A DNA stretch of 64,000 nucleotides. It comes from Phoronis australis. Taxonomy: Eukaryota; Animalia; Phoronida. The notes under the pieces are model-generated. The model saw only the letters and a list, made by a program, of their open reading frames with translations, searched no databases and had not been told where the DNA came from. The stretch's first letter is position 1. Each line of letters opens with the position of its first letter. The stretch spans positions 620,001 to 684,000 of the forward strand of contig NMRA01000166.1 in the NCBI GenBank assembly GCA_002633005.1. The letters are read 5' to 3'. Shown in pieces: positions 1 to 12,800 of the stretch. The translations under genes were made by a program, and so were the position numbers.

Positions 1-54
1 CGGTTCGACCCGATGATTACGTGAAGCGCTTTGAATCGACGCAAATTCAAAATT

Positions 55-225
55 ATTACTAACTTAGTTATCGTTGTAGTTAGTAGTACCAGTAGCTGCA
101 ACAATTTTGTTGTTGTCCATCTGTAACCTATCTTCAACGGACAGCTGGGGCTGGACCTTTTCCGCGGAGGGGGGGGTTCGTTCGAACCCCTCGAACCCTC
201 CCCCCCCACTCCTGGCTACGGGCCT
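55..225 (+). repeat. Dispersed repeat, similar to 22555-22720
   Basis: Both places share the sequence aacttagtta...ccagtagctgcaacaat...agctgggg...ccttttccgcgg...cgaacccc. Confidence 0.7.
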
Positions 226-1741
226 GCTATATCATCTCCAATATGGAACTCATTTTTCCTATAAGGGTATTGCAGCAGTCATATCCGCCTTTAAATCGAC
301 TGGTAGCAGCGCAGTTGCCGCCACGATATACCTTAGTGACAAAGTTCACGTAAATACGTCAATCACTTTTCAGATATGAGACATGCTTTTTCCAAAAATG
401 ACAACTCAAAACGTGCCTTGTCAAAACCAAAATGACCACTGAAGAGGTCGAACTTGCTCACACATCGAATTCTGTCTGAGAATTGCCATCACTTGCCCCT
501 CTGTTTAAGTCCGTAATTGAAATATGTCAATTCGGAAATGCTTTTTCACCCAAAAGCACTAAAAGGGCCCTTTTTGTCGAGATCCGGCAAAACACCCACT
601 AGGGGTTGCTGCATTGGTTGAAGTTGGCTGGTGCCGGAACTTTGTCGTCACATGAGTTTGTGTCCGCTGAAATCCATGGATTGGTTCTAAAGAAATTGTC
701 CGGAAACGTTTTCCGCCTGATATATGTGACTGATAAATCCTCAATTGAAGAGACCAAAAAGTCACTACGGTTGCCGCATGGTCGAATCCACCAGGGAAAG
801 TCGACGGGTGCCGGGCATTGGCGTCACATACCTCAGTCTGTCAACTAAATTTCATTGAAATCCGTCCATCGTTCTCTACGCCTGGTATCATCCGGTAAAG
901 CTCTTCCTCAGAAACACTGAAAAGCCCCGCCACTCTGTACATCCCTAGCCAAATTTGTGCCTATTTAATTACTCGCACTGAGCAGCAATTGACAATGTAT
1001 GTACGTCAGCCAGAATTAACACACATGATCATCTGTTTTTTAGTATCGTATTTTTGGTGCCTCGTGGCACATATCTCTCGCAAACAAAAAACGTTTGCTG
1101 AACTCTCTGGCAGAAAATCAGGAAATAGTGTTTTAACTATGTCGCAGAAACTTGAAAAAAGTCGGCTGTAGCTGACGAGGCCTTGCTTGAATTTCTCATG
1201 TAGCAGTAATGATTAGTAATTTTAAAATTAAAGTTTTATAAAAAATGTTATCATGTGGGCTCTTTGTTCTTTTGTGATAATTTTGCCCTACCCACATCCT
1301 TTTTTTTTTCTTTGTACTGTTGTCCAGTTTTACTAGCTGGGAATTTCGCGTCTCAATACTCACCGGCATTCCTTCCTATTTACATCTAGTTCAACCCGTT
1401 TTAACAGTTACGTATTTGATGATCACGAAACAGAATTGCCTGTGAAAAGGCATTTTTTTCATGGTAGTAGGGCAAATTCAAAATGAAACGAGTAACAGGA
1501 TTTATGTTCGACACCTGGACTCGACAAAAATCGTGCGTAGCAAGCTCGTTTCCAGATATGAAAAGGGGACGCCGGGAGGGTTGGCGCAAATAGGTCGTTT
1601 AATATGACTAAAACAGTAGTACAAAACAATGTAGAAGAATATATATATAATAGTAAAATAATATGTCTGGAAAGATTGCCAACTAAAAAGCTTTGGGCGA
1701 GTTCATCCAGATCAGTCTTGGTAAGTGGCACAATGCAAGCT

Positions 1742-1978
1742 CAGTGGCAGATCTACGTTTTTAGTATGGGGGCTTAGGATTCGAGCGAATCCGAGGCGCG
1801 TAGCGCCGAGCGGAAAGAAGGTCGGGAGGGGGTTTCCCCACCTCCTGTGTAAGATGTTTTTGTGGTTTATAGTAGCTGATTTCGTTTTTCTGGCGAAATT
1901 TTTTTCAATTTTTATTTTTGATCCTGTCCGAGGAAGGGGGGGTTGAACCCCCTGAACCCCTCTGTAGATCCGCCTCTG
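1742..1978. mobile_element. MITE (non-autonomous DNA transposon)
   Basis: Terminal inverted repeats CAGTGGCAGATCTAC / GTAGATCCGCCTCTG, with the direct repeat CAAGCT on both flanks. Confidence 0.7.
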
Positions 1979-2159
1979 CAAGCTAGAGAAATCCGTCAGC
2001 AAGAAGACGTTGACATTTTATTTACGACTTTGCTGTAATGTTTATACGCCTGGTCGCGAAAATAATAAAACTTCTTACAACGAAGTAAAAGAAAAGAAAA
2101 AAATTATGTACTGGACGCCGTCACTATGAAATAAATCGATGAAATGTTTTCATGAATCG

Positions 2160-4600
2160 CTCACTCAAGAACTGAACAACCAAACAGATGCTTTAGTGTC
2201 CCTTGAGCTTACACACACGTTGCGCAAAGAGCAAAGCAGTTCATTGCTGATAAGATTTGCTTAAAACTCTTGAACTTCAGTTGCTTCAATTTTCGTGAAA
2301 TTTATTGCTGAGTCACTGACTGGAGTGCTTGATACGTGTACAAAGACCTTCTCCTGCTGATGATGAGCAATGAAATGTTAGATTACTGTTCTACTCACAA
2401 GATCACTTGACTGATACCATGGTACTTGAAAAATTGTAAAGGTTTGTGAAAACTATTCCAGAGAAATTTTATTCACGTGGATTTGGAAATTACTCAAAGG
2501 CGGGTCCAGGGGGTCGTATTAGTGATTTTTGGAAGTGGGGTCTAAATCAGCAATTAGAAATTTCTAGATTTAAAATCACTAAAATCAAGGAAAAATAGGG
2601 GTCCGAACTCCTTGACCCCCACCCTGGATTCGCCTATGTTACTGCTGTTTACCAGACGCCTGATAAGCAAAGCATTTTACAAACAGCTTGTTTAACAGCC
2701 TTATTAGGCAAGAATTCAAAAAGATTTAAGAGTATAAAAGTAACCGTTCTGTTGATATGCAAGCCTGTACAATCGAAAATCATACTGAATTAGAACCGAA
2801 CACTGGATTTGTTTGAAAAGCCTCTCACAAACAAAACCCAATTTGACAACTTTCACTCCCTATATACCGTTTGACAGTATGTTAATTAAAATGTAAAAAT
2901 GAGATGTGTTGAAATGAGGGTTTAAAAGAGGAATAAACGAAGAAGTCCTTTAGTGTACAACATTACTCATTAATAACAAAATATTCGAACATTGATTTCC
3001 GAACTTCTTAGGGTTTCTGTTTAGAAATGCGGTGACGATATAATCGCTTACCGTATTTCGCTATCTAAACGTTGAAAAAGTGAACTTAGAACATACTCAT
3101 TGACTGTACTTACCTGCAACACCCTGCCATATCATGTCACATGATGTCATAAGGGGTATGACGGTACGAATGTTGGGATTTTTGCAGACTTTGCGGTTGC
3201 CCATAGCAAGTTGTGAAACTGAAGGAAGAATATGGATTCTGTAGTATAAATTTCGCGTTTGGTGTTCGTAAGCATATTTCAGTTGTTTCGAGTTCGATTT
3301 TGAGTACAAAGCCAATAAAACCCCGGTTCTTGTCTAACTATTCCAATGGCTCAAAACAACGTCCACGCCATCTGATGGTGTATGTGCAGCCTTAATTTTT
3401 TTCAAAGAGAGCTAATATTTCCACTTTGGAGCTCATGTAGGAAAGTGCTGGCGATTTTCAGAGCCTAAGAGCACTGATAATCACAAATTTAATTTGTGGA
3501 ACCTCTTCGAGATTGACCATATTTTATAGTTTAAGATGTGACGATCTTCACTGTGCACCATGCCACATAAGGTCGAGTTAATCCTTCCTCTCGTCCGGGG
3601 GACCGGAGCAAGGCTCCAAAACTCTTTCCCGAAGGCAAAGAAGGCTGTATGTAGAGTCTTAGAGCTTTCAGAACAAACCGGTATGTGTGCACCGACAGTG
3701 ACCGCAGTTGTCACCCTCTATTTTTTGTTATTCTCAGTTGTTTGTTTGCTTATTCATGCGTTTCACGATTTAGTCAAATTGATAGTGATCATGCATGAGT
3801 TTTCTCTGTCTAAAAATTCATTATCTTTCTATTTAGGTGTGTTTGAGCAACGAACAGAAGTGCTACCGACAAATCCATTAAATTCAACATGCCAGGCCTA
3901 ATTGTTCATAAACATGGCATTCAATTAGTATTCGAGCGTAACTAAGTACTTATAGCCTGCGCCCGCCTCCTTTCGAGACTGGGGAAAGCATTGAAGTCCC
4001 AGCTTTCAAAATCCTGCTCCGCCGCCGGTTCACTGGCTGAAACCAGCTGAGGGAAGACATGAAGACTTTCGGAACGAGTTTCGGAAAAGCATCATAGAGG
4101 GCTCTTTGGAAATTGTGTTGAGTGTCGGAACGCCCCACGCACTTGCGTTCACGGTGGAGGTAGATAAGATCTAATCAACTGTTAAAATTGTGATCGTTAA
4201 ACATGGTTATAAGTTGGTGCTTGTCAACGAAGACGTCACTGGGCTCCTCTTTAGTGGCAAAAGGGAAACTGCATCTCACCCAGGTTTTGTGTTTGCCCCT
4301 GATGATTGATCATGCGGCGCTGCAGGTGCAGTCGACTATCATTTATATCAAAAACTCCGTGTGCAGACAGGTCGCGTGCGCGCATCTATCGGCCATACAA
4401 GGCTTCGAGAAAGCCCTCCCCCATTTCTCCGAAAGAGCCCTCTATTTCTCCGAACGACCTGAACTCTTTGCCCAGCGCAGTCACGTACATTGGAAAATGA
4501 ACGTTTCTCCGTCGGCAAAAGAGCGACGAAGGAGCTGCGTTCCGATCTTTCAGAAATACTCGGTAGACTTACATTTTACTTTAATGAAAAAAATTGCCTA
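2160..4600 (-). pseudogene. Possible decayed multi-exon gene of unknown family
   Basis: A clean exon-like block at 3238-3114 (tactacag| ... GCAG|gtaagt, one open frame IHILPSVSQLAMGNRKVCKNPNIRTVIPLMTSCDMIWQGVA) joins in phase to a block at about 2424-2165 (VPWYQSSDLVSRTVI*HFIAHHQQEKVF...) that has in-frame stops. Further GC-richer, stop-interrupted blocks lie at about 3350-3645 and 3955-4600. No family was recognised. Confidence 0.3.
2495..2638. mobile_element. Short MITE
   Basis: Imperfect TIRs CAAAGGCGGGTCCAGGG / CCCTGGATTCGCCTATG, with TTACT on both flanks. Confidence 0.6.
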
Positions 4601-5174
4601 CCTTCTTTACTGGGGCGATCTAGCACCACTACTAGGTAGGTTCCCCTGTGTTCAAATCGATCCTCTGCACACATGTTGTTCTCTAACTCAAACAGCTTGC
4701 AAAGTTTCCCAGTTCTAGTCTCACACAAATCGACTGTCGCTGAATATATTGTGAAGACATTAAGTGCCAAATGAGTTATCTACCAACCAAGGGAGAACGT
4801 AAAATTTTAGTTTGGGTGGTGACAAATATGTTATTTGCCAAACTTATTTAATGACGCCAACTCTAAATCCCTCACCTTTGAAAAGCCGTGTGTTCAGATC
4901 TGGATGACGAAGTGCACAGACGATGCCTTTGATTTTTGGAATGACTATTTCGCTCGTTTTATTCTTTTGAAAAAGTCAGAAATCGAGACTTCTGTTTTTT
5001 AAAGAATGTTGACACATTCTTTTCTTGCACAGGACTTTTCGTTCTCAAAGGATTGACCCAGTCAAATTTGCAAGTTTCATGAGAAGAAAATTGTGTCCTT
5101 GGAAATTACGTCGATGAATAAAAAACGCAATCACGTGCTTAAGAAAAATAGGGTATTATTTGTGCATGGGCACG

Positions 5175-5600
5175 AGACCCTAGAAATGTTTCAATTATGG
5201 TTAAGTTAGGAACACCATATCTCAGAAGTGGTCGAACTAATTCATATGAAACTGTCTGATATTATGGTTTATACACTGTTTTCCTAAATAATTTACCAAA
5301 TTGTTTTTAAATTTTCCACTTTTTCACGGAGGACTATAAAAAGAGAACTTAAATCATTTTTGTGAGAAAAATAAGTCGTATTAAACGAAAACGAAACCAT
5401 TCAATTTAGAAAACTGTAACAACGTTTTTGAGATTTTATCTTTCAACATTTATATCACTGACTAGATACAAAATTTAGTTGCAATGATCCTGTTGTCTTG
5501 CAATGAATGTACCTTTCGTTCATGGTCACGCCAGCTTATTAATGATGGCAGATGGGTACAAAATCAAAAAATCAAATTGTACAGATTTTTTTTTAATATA
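5175..5600 (+). repeat. Dispersed repeat, similar to 27820-28180
   Basis: Collinear shared motifs ccctagaaa, catatctcagaa, cgaaaacgaaac, tttagaaaa, gtacaaa.tcaaaaa in both copies. Confidence 0.6.
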
Positions 5601-5647
5601 TTTGACTAAATGTAGGCCTACAGACTTGTAAATAAGGTTTCGTATGT

Positions 5648-6409
5648 GCTACGGGGAAGACATTCATAATAGACAGAGATTTCTCGTAGGTCTCGCGAGA
5701 TCTTGCTTTAGTTTCCAGCGAGCTCTATTATATATTGAACTGGATCGAGTTGTGCACGTTCAATAAGTAGATTTTAATGCGCCATACTTACTGTTTTCCA
5801 GTTCTTGTCTTTCCACACAGTACCAGTCGCAAGCTTTAATCAGCTTGTTTTCTACAGAACCTGTCTTTTTTGTGACATAGTTCAATATAGTTAGTTTGTT
5901 ACACTGTGGATTTAACAAGAATCTGTCGTCGTTGAAATCTGCAAATAGAAAATTACCTTGTGTGTGTAGCTGTACTACGCAGGNCGACTTTATACGAGCT
6001 GACAAAAATCTCAGCTCGCATTTCCAAATTTCAGGTCGCAAATGCGACCTGCAGCTCGTTATGTCGAGCCCTGGCTACGGGGAAGACATTCATAATAGAC
6101 AGAGATTTCTCGTAGGTCTCGCGAGATCTTGCTTTAGTTTCCAGCGAGCTCTATTATTTATTGAACTGGATCGAGTTGTGCACGTTCAATAAGTACATTT
6201 TAATGCGCCATACTTACTGTTTTCCAGTTCTTGTCTTTCCACACAGTACCAGTCGCAAGCTTTAATCAGCTTGTTTTCTACAGAACCTGTCTTTTTTGTG
6301 ACATAGTTCAATATAGTTAGTTTGTTACACTGTGGATTTAACAAGAATCTGTCGTCGTTGAAATCTGCAAATAGAAAATTACCTTGTGTGTGTAGCTGTA
6401 CTACGCAGG
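5648..6409. repeat. 336-bp near-identical direct duplication (5648-5983 and 6074-6409) flanking an N gap and a hAT-like MITE end
   Basis: The copies differ at 2 positions seen. There is an N at 5984, and 5985-6073 ends in ...TGTCGAGCCCTG (hAT-like terminus). Confidence 0.85.
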
Positions 6410-6964
6410 TTAACTTGTTGGGCCGGGGACACATACAGTCGGCAAACCAACCCTGTTTAAGAGCTGAACATTAGGACTCACATTGTTTGCTTCTCAGTTC
6501 TTGAGTCTTTTTGTGTCTACCTGATTCACGGCCCTTCCTCAGTGACAAAAATTGTTAGTGTGCTTTAGAATAAACAAAATTCCATTTCTTTAACTACATT
6601 TTTCGCTTATTTTACTGTCACTACAAGTTATCTGTAGGCTAAAAGTCGATTACCCCCTGAAAACACAGTGACGAACATATCGGTAAATTTTCAGCCGTAC
6701 CGAGGCAGACGCTTTTATGTATCTGACATCTAGTGGCCAATTTCCAAACTATATACAGTCTCTAAGTCGACGCTTTTGTTTATATCAAATTGTGCTATAA
6801 ACAAAACTTTCATGAATTTTTCGCACTAAAAATATTTCAAAATTACTTAAAGCGATGCAAGTTTTGTGTATTGATCTTTTTTAAGAAACATTCATATAGA
6901 TCCCGTGTAGAGTTTCATACTTAAAATGCGTCAACTGGATGCGCACTGCTCATCAAGCGGCATC

Positions 6965-7033
6965 ATGGCGACTGTTGGCTCGCTCGTAGTGGAAGAGCAA
7001 AAGGAACCAGAAAAGCCTGTCGATCGCGAGAAG
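6965..7033 (+). CDS. SAP18: Histone deacetylase complex subunit SAP18, exon 1 of 3 (join 6965-7033,15642-15748,17615-17900; 153 aa)
   Basis: ATG in good context (atcATGG). Encodes MATVGSLVVEEQKEPEKPVDREK, matching the SAP18 N-terminal EPEKPxDREK motif. Donor AAG|gtggg, phase 0. Confidence 0.93.
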
Positions 7034-9289
7034 GTGGGTTTTTCAAAAACAAAATGGTCTCGCCGATTGGGCTTTTACGCAATACTTGGTGTGAAATCTT
7101 TCATGTCCCCTTGTATTTCGTAAAGTGTGCCCTAGAAAAGCCAGTGTGTGAAACAAGGGCAGGTCAGTCCATCCGCACTCCGCAGGCATACACCACGGTA
7201 CAGGGCCAGGGGCGATAGCACATCCCATAAAAAGTTACTCATTTCAAAATACAGCAAATAAAATCGAATAAAACATGCGTATATGCACATGGAGTTATAA
7301 TAACACATACTATGACTCTGGATACAATTTAGTCAATATAACTTGAACAGTACACTCCGAAACCCTATAGTCGTCCGCCTAAGCATAAAACCGGCTTGTT
7401 GTCTTACTCACCCAATTATTCCACTTCAAAGTTATGATCTGAATAGGACTTGATTTAACTCTCACAAATATATAGTATTCGTTGATTCAAACGTTTTCTT
7501 TTACTTAAGCCGAGTTGTTCAACTGTGCATTGCTTTTCGGCAGCCATTTTATAATGACACCTATGGTCGTCATGTGCTGCCGCCTTTTGAAAGGACAGAA
7601 AACCACACAGAAAAAGGCCAAGAAAATAGTGGAAAGTGGTTTACAGCAACTCTACTTCAACCACAAACTGTTTTACTGGTATGATATCGATTTTTAAATC
7701 GATTAAAATTGATTTAGAATTTCAGTTCTGGAAAATAAATCACAATTGTTTTATTCCAGGCAGACCTTACTTATTTTGTATTTGTGACCTCTTTATTTGA
7801 CTTTTTGCTCTTGTTGTTCTTAACATCACTTATCTCTGCTGTCCTTCTTTTTCTTTTCAGTTTCTCTTCATTCTCTGTTAACACCTTGTCAGCCAAAACA
7901 GAACTGTAAGCCTTTGAGACTTGGTAGGCGGAAGTTGATCATTGAACCTCGATACAATTGTTCTAATAAATTACCCATAATTGTATTGTTTGATTTTTTC
8001 TCATCTTTAACAGGCTTCTGCATTCATAAATAAATAAATAAATACCCAAGTTGCATTTGAATTTTATTGCTCAATCTCTTCTTTTATTTTTGATTATGTC
8101 ATGCTGTGTTGTATGTAACAATTGCAATATAGTGAAATAAAGTCAATGTTTTACTTTATTGGTGGCCATTCTCTATCAATTCAAGTATTTTAATTTTCTT
8201 CAAATAAATTCAAAATGCTTTAACCAAAATTTTCAACATAAATGTTGAGTTCAGTACTGTGTTTTGCAATAAAAAAACAAGTGAACAATATTTTGATGAC
8301 CAAGGCGTGGGCCGAAACTGTTAAGCACCCAGCGTGTTCCATTTGTCTGCTGCGTTTTTCCTTTGGCCTAACAGATGTCGGTTAGTGCCTGGGACAAATA
8401 GATACATTGCATAGACAATCCCTGGGTTGCTTTTTGTTCCGTCTGAAGAAAATTTAATTTTGAAAATATCTTCTGAAAATGAAAAAAAAAGTGCATTAGT
8501 AAAATCAACAAGTTTTTAAGTGGTCTCAAAAAAACAGTCGGTAAATGCATTAATTTTAGTCTCAGTTCTTCCACGCGTGTTTCTCCCGAGAGGTTAGTAC
8601 CTAACGTGCAGACGAGCGTTCCAAATTGGAACGCTAAGTCCCGCGTAGCAGCGCTGCACGCGAAACAAGATGGCGGACGACCTTTGGAGACTGACGACGA
8701 GAGGTAATCGGACTATATCCATGAAAATCTGTCGCTGTTCACTCGGCTCGGGTTTCTCTCTCCGACACCGGGTGCAATTTTGAGGCAGTTACGTGAAATC
8801 AAGCCTGTTGATGACCAAAAGGTCCAAAAGACATAAATCTTACAAATTTCAATTGATATCTTCCCGTGCTATTTTGCAAGTGCCACGCGCCAGGTCACGT
8901 GCTTCGCCCAGTCTCGCGCTAGCCAGTGTGCCTAACTCACGTGACTCAGTTCAAACACTATGTGGTTATCGCACGTGCGGTTTAAAGTTAACGGGGACCA
9001 AAAAAATGGAGTTGTAAGTCTTCGCCACAGGCACCTTAATTCTCATAGCTATGCTTCATCGAAGATATGTGTAAGCAGATAGGATCATTGAAGAAAGTAA
9101 GCACTTTTTAAGTGATAGTTTGTAGTGTAGAATGTATTTTCGATGAGGTGAAAACTCTTAATCGGAGAGTGGATTTTGCCTACTGCCCGTTTAAAATACA
9201 CTGGACGAAATTAGTGCAGAAAGCAATGGGAAGTATTGTAGCCCCTAAGCAGCCAACCGAGGGGCTGCGTGTTGTCTAGCATAGAGACA

Positions 9290-9824
9290 TAGACAGTGAC
9301 CACAGTCTCTAGCTAAAGTGCAGACGGTGTAGCTCCTATAGGGGCTTCATACACTAGAAGGTTTTCGATGAATTATGCCTCACACTGACTAAAACATCGA
9401 AGTTGTGTTGTTATAAATACTCTTTTGGGCATAGAGGGACACCTTAGGAGGCTGTTGATGTCTTTTAATTCCTCCCAACTTGAACAAACATTCCTGTTAT
9501 CAAACTTTTTCTTCGAACAGTTCCTCGTTCAGTTCCCAAAATCAGTAACTGGGTATTTTTACACTGCGCATACCAGGGGATATGACGTCATACCACCTGC
9601 CGCACGCAGTGTTAAAAGTGGAGAGTTTCTGATTTTTGAAACTGAACGAATGACTGCTTGAAGAATAAGTTTGTTAACGGGAATATTTGTTCGAGTTGGG
9701 AGGAATTAAAGACATCGACGCCCTCTATGCGCAAAAGGTAAAAATTTATAACAATGTGACTTTGATGTTTTAGTCTAGGAGCTACACCATCTGTAGCTCA
9801 AGTAAAGATGGTGGTCACTGTCTA
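9290..9824. mobile_element. Foldback (palindromic) MITE
   Basis: The whole ~535 bp is an imperfect inverted repeat from TAGACAGTGACCAC to GTGGTCACTGTCTA, centred on TATGACGTCATA (9581-9592). Confidence 0.8.
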
Positions 9825-9856
9825 GCCAGTCCAGTGACCGTATTTAGTCAGAGTCA

Positions 9857-12800
9857 TTAACCCTTATCCAGCACTAGGCGAGGTCACCTGACAAGCCAAT
9901 TATCCTATTAAAATGCGTTGAGTGTACTCAATCGCCTATATTAAGCTACGGCTATGCTGCGCAAGGAGAGTGTACTCGCCCCAGGACATTGTTTTTCATT
10001 CAGAAATTGTGAAAGCCCCATATGCTGTTTATATATGTGAGCATAGTTTCCTGTACATTTTTCTGATTTACAACACATGGCTGTGGTGAGTTGTTACCGA
10101 GATATTTGAAAGTTTACGTGAGTTTTATCTTGGCTGGTGCCAAACGTGGGAAGATGACTGTTGACCAGTTTCTTGAAGAAGTGTTCATGGACTCAGATAT
10201 TGAAAACGAGCTAGAATGGCACCCGAAAGTGACAGTGACAGTGACGAGGAAACTAACACAACAGTCACAAGTAATGCAGATTCTATCGATTCGTATCTCA
10301 GTGCAATTGTGGAGGAGTTACTGGTCCCTGAAGCTGAACGTGGAGGGGCCTACGATGATGCTTGGCTCGTGCCCTTCACGCATAATACAGGGCCTCAGAA
10401 ACAGGATGGAACTCATTCAGAACTAGATATTTTTGTGACTTTTTCCCAGAATAGCTTTGTGTCCTCACCCGAGTTTCACTTTTTTGCACACCAAGGTGAA
10501 CTTCAAAACAGACTTTAGCAAGCAACTGCACCAGTCACAAATTTGTAACCGTGCAAAGTTGAGGTATGTTATATACTGTACGTTCTTGATTGTAGATGTG
10601 ATGTTACAGACAATAAATCTGCTTTATTAAACATTCATGTCTCATGAATTCCTTTTTAAAAATGCTTTTTATGGTTTTTGAGTGTCAGCTATAATGTTCT
10701 CATGTGCTAAAACAGATAAAAACAAAGGGTGTCCAGTTTGAAAGTTTATAGAATTATTTACACCAAGGCTATGGTAAAGATATGCATACAGCGAAAATCT
10801 TCATTAAATTCTGAACAACTTTCGTGCAGACTACTTTTATGTGAAGTTGACATTACCCCTCCAAATTTCCAATTTAAAAATGTTGGGTCATTAATCTGAG
10901 TGACCTTCATAACAACCCAGTACACAGCAGCAGTGGTGACCTACTTAGCTCAGCACACAGGGAAAGTTGTCTGAATAGAGGCTTAGCTAGATAAGGCTGG
11001 TGCAATTGCTTAAGAAGAATCACTCGAGGTCATTCAAAAGGAGGATGGCTCATACACACGCTCCGCCGAGGAAACACTCGAAGTCATGATAGGTAAGCAC
11101 TATCTTGATAGTGTAAACCTGTCTAATCAATGTTCTGACGTGACGAACTCCGAGGAGTGTGAACCATTAGCTTACGCTGATGTTGAAAACATAGCCACAC
11201 CTCATCTCGTGGAGTTAGCTCTAAAGTCTTTTAAACCATGGAAGTCCCCAGGACTAGACATGATATATCCTATAATGTTGCAAGAGGCTGGGATACCACT
11301 ACTCACAGCAACTTACAAAGCCAGTCTTAGACTAAGTTATATCCCCAAGACTTGGACTGAAGCTAGGGTAGTCTTCATTCCTAAACAAGGGAAGAACTCG
11401 TACCTTTTGGCTGAATCATTTAGGTCTATAACCTGAACATCCTTTCTTCTCAAAGGACTGAAAAGGCTCATTCTGTGGCATCTTGATAAACAAGGAATAC
11501 AGAACAAACTTCAGAACAATCAGTATGCTTATAGGCCTGGCTTCTCTACGGAGACCGCTCTACATCATCTGGTTGCTAGACTGGAAAGGGCTGTATTTAA
11601 TAAACAATTTGCCCTCTGTGCCTTCATTGATCTTGTTGGTGCTTTCAGCAATATTAAGCGTGATGCGATCCGAATTGCACTGAACCACTTTAAAGTGAAT
11701 AGATGTCTTACCAAGTGGATCATTAACATGCTTGCAAGTCAATCTGTGACTGCTTGTCTAGATGATGTGACAGTAATGGTTCACATCACCAGAGGAACGC
11801 CTCAGGGTGGCACCGCCTCACCCACCCTCTTTAACATGGTTATAGATGGTTTGCTTCGACAATTATCTACTGACATGGGTCCAAGCTTGTATGTTCAAGC
11901 CTCTGCAGATGATATTGTTCTCAGTGTGTCTAGCATCGATCCTGACACATGTCACTATCTTGCTTAAAGAGCACTGAATACAACAGCCACATGGGCTAAG
12001 TCAGTCGGCTTAGAAATTAGTGGTATCAAAACAAATGTGATTATGTTCACTTGGAAGCTTAAATGGTCAATGCGGCCTTTAACGCTGAATAGTAAACATC
12101 TTGGATCTTGTAGACAAGGTGACTTACCTAGGTGTCATTTTACACCATCGTCTTTCCTGGACCCCTCATATTACAGAAAAAATCTCAAAAGCCAAATCTG
12201 CATTGGTGAGATGCAGTCGTGGGTAAAACTTGGGGAATGTCTCCCAAGAATATGATTTATACTGCTGTTACCCGAACTATAATGTCCTATTGTGCGTCGA
12301 TATGGGCAACAGTATTAAAACAGATTACAATTATCAATAAACTTAGGCAGCTGCAACGTCTAGCTTGTCTGTGCATAACCTCTGCTTTACCAGGATTGCC
12401 TTCTGCAGCCCTAGAAATGCTAATCGGTCTACCACCACTGTACATATACCTTGAGGGTGAAGCTGCATGTGCTGCACTTCGTCTCGGATATAATGGTCAG
12501 TGGGTGAAAACTAACATCCCTGACTCCGTTGCACACAGAAGCCACAGGAATGTTTGCAATAAGCTAATGGCCAAGACTGGGCAACTATGGAACATGCCTT
12601 GTGATGTCCAGGTCACAGCTTTAAATCATACAAACAATTTCTTCATCGAAATTGGCGATGGATGGCCTACCGCAGAACACAAGAATGAGGTGGTTTGTTA
12701 TACGGACGGCTCTAAACTGGAAAATGGCCAGGCAGGTGCTGGGGTCTGCTTTCCAAGCCTTCCTGTTGCAGATGCAGAAAACTGGGTATCGTTAGGCAAT

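Noticed and set aside
4203-4718. 171-aa + strand ORF
   Set aside because: No recognisable domain, and neighbouring splice signals point to the minus strand, so it is probably a shadow frame.
8290-8330. Hammerhead-like TTGATGA...GGCCGAAACTGTT
   Set aside because: The core begins TTGA rather than CTGA, and stems I and II do not pair properly.
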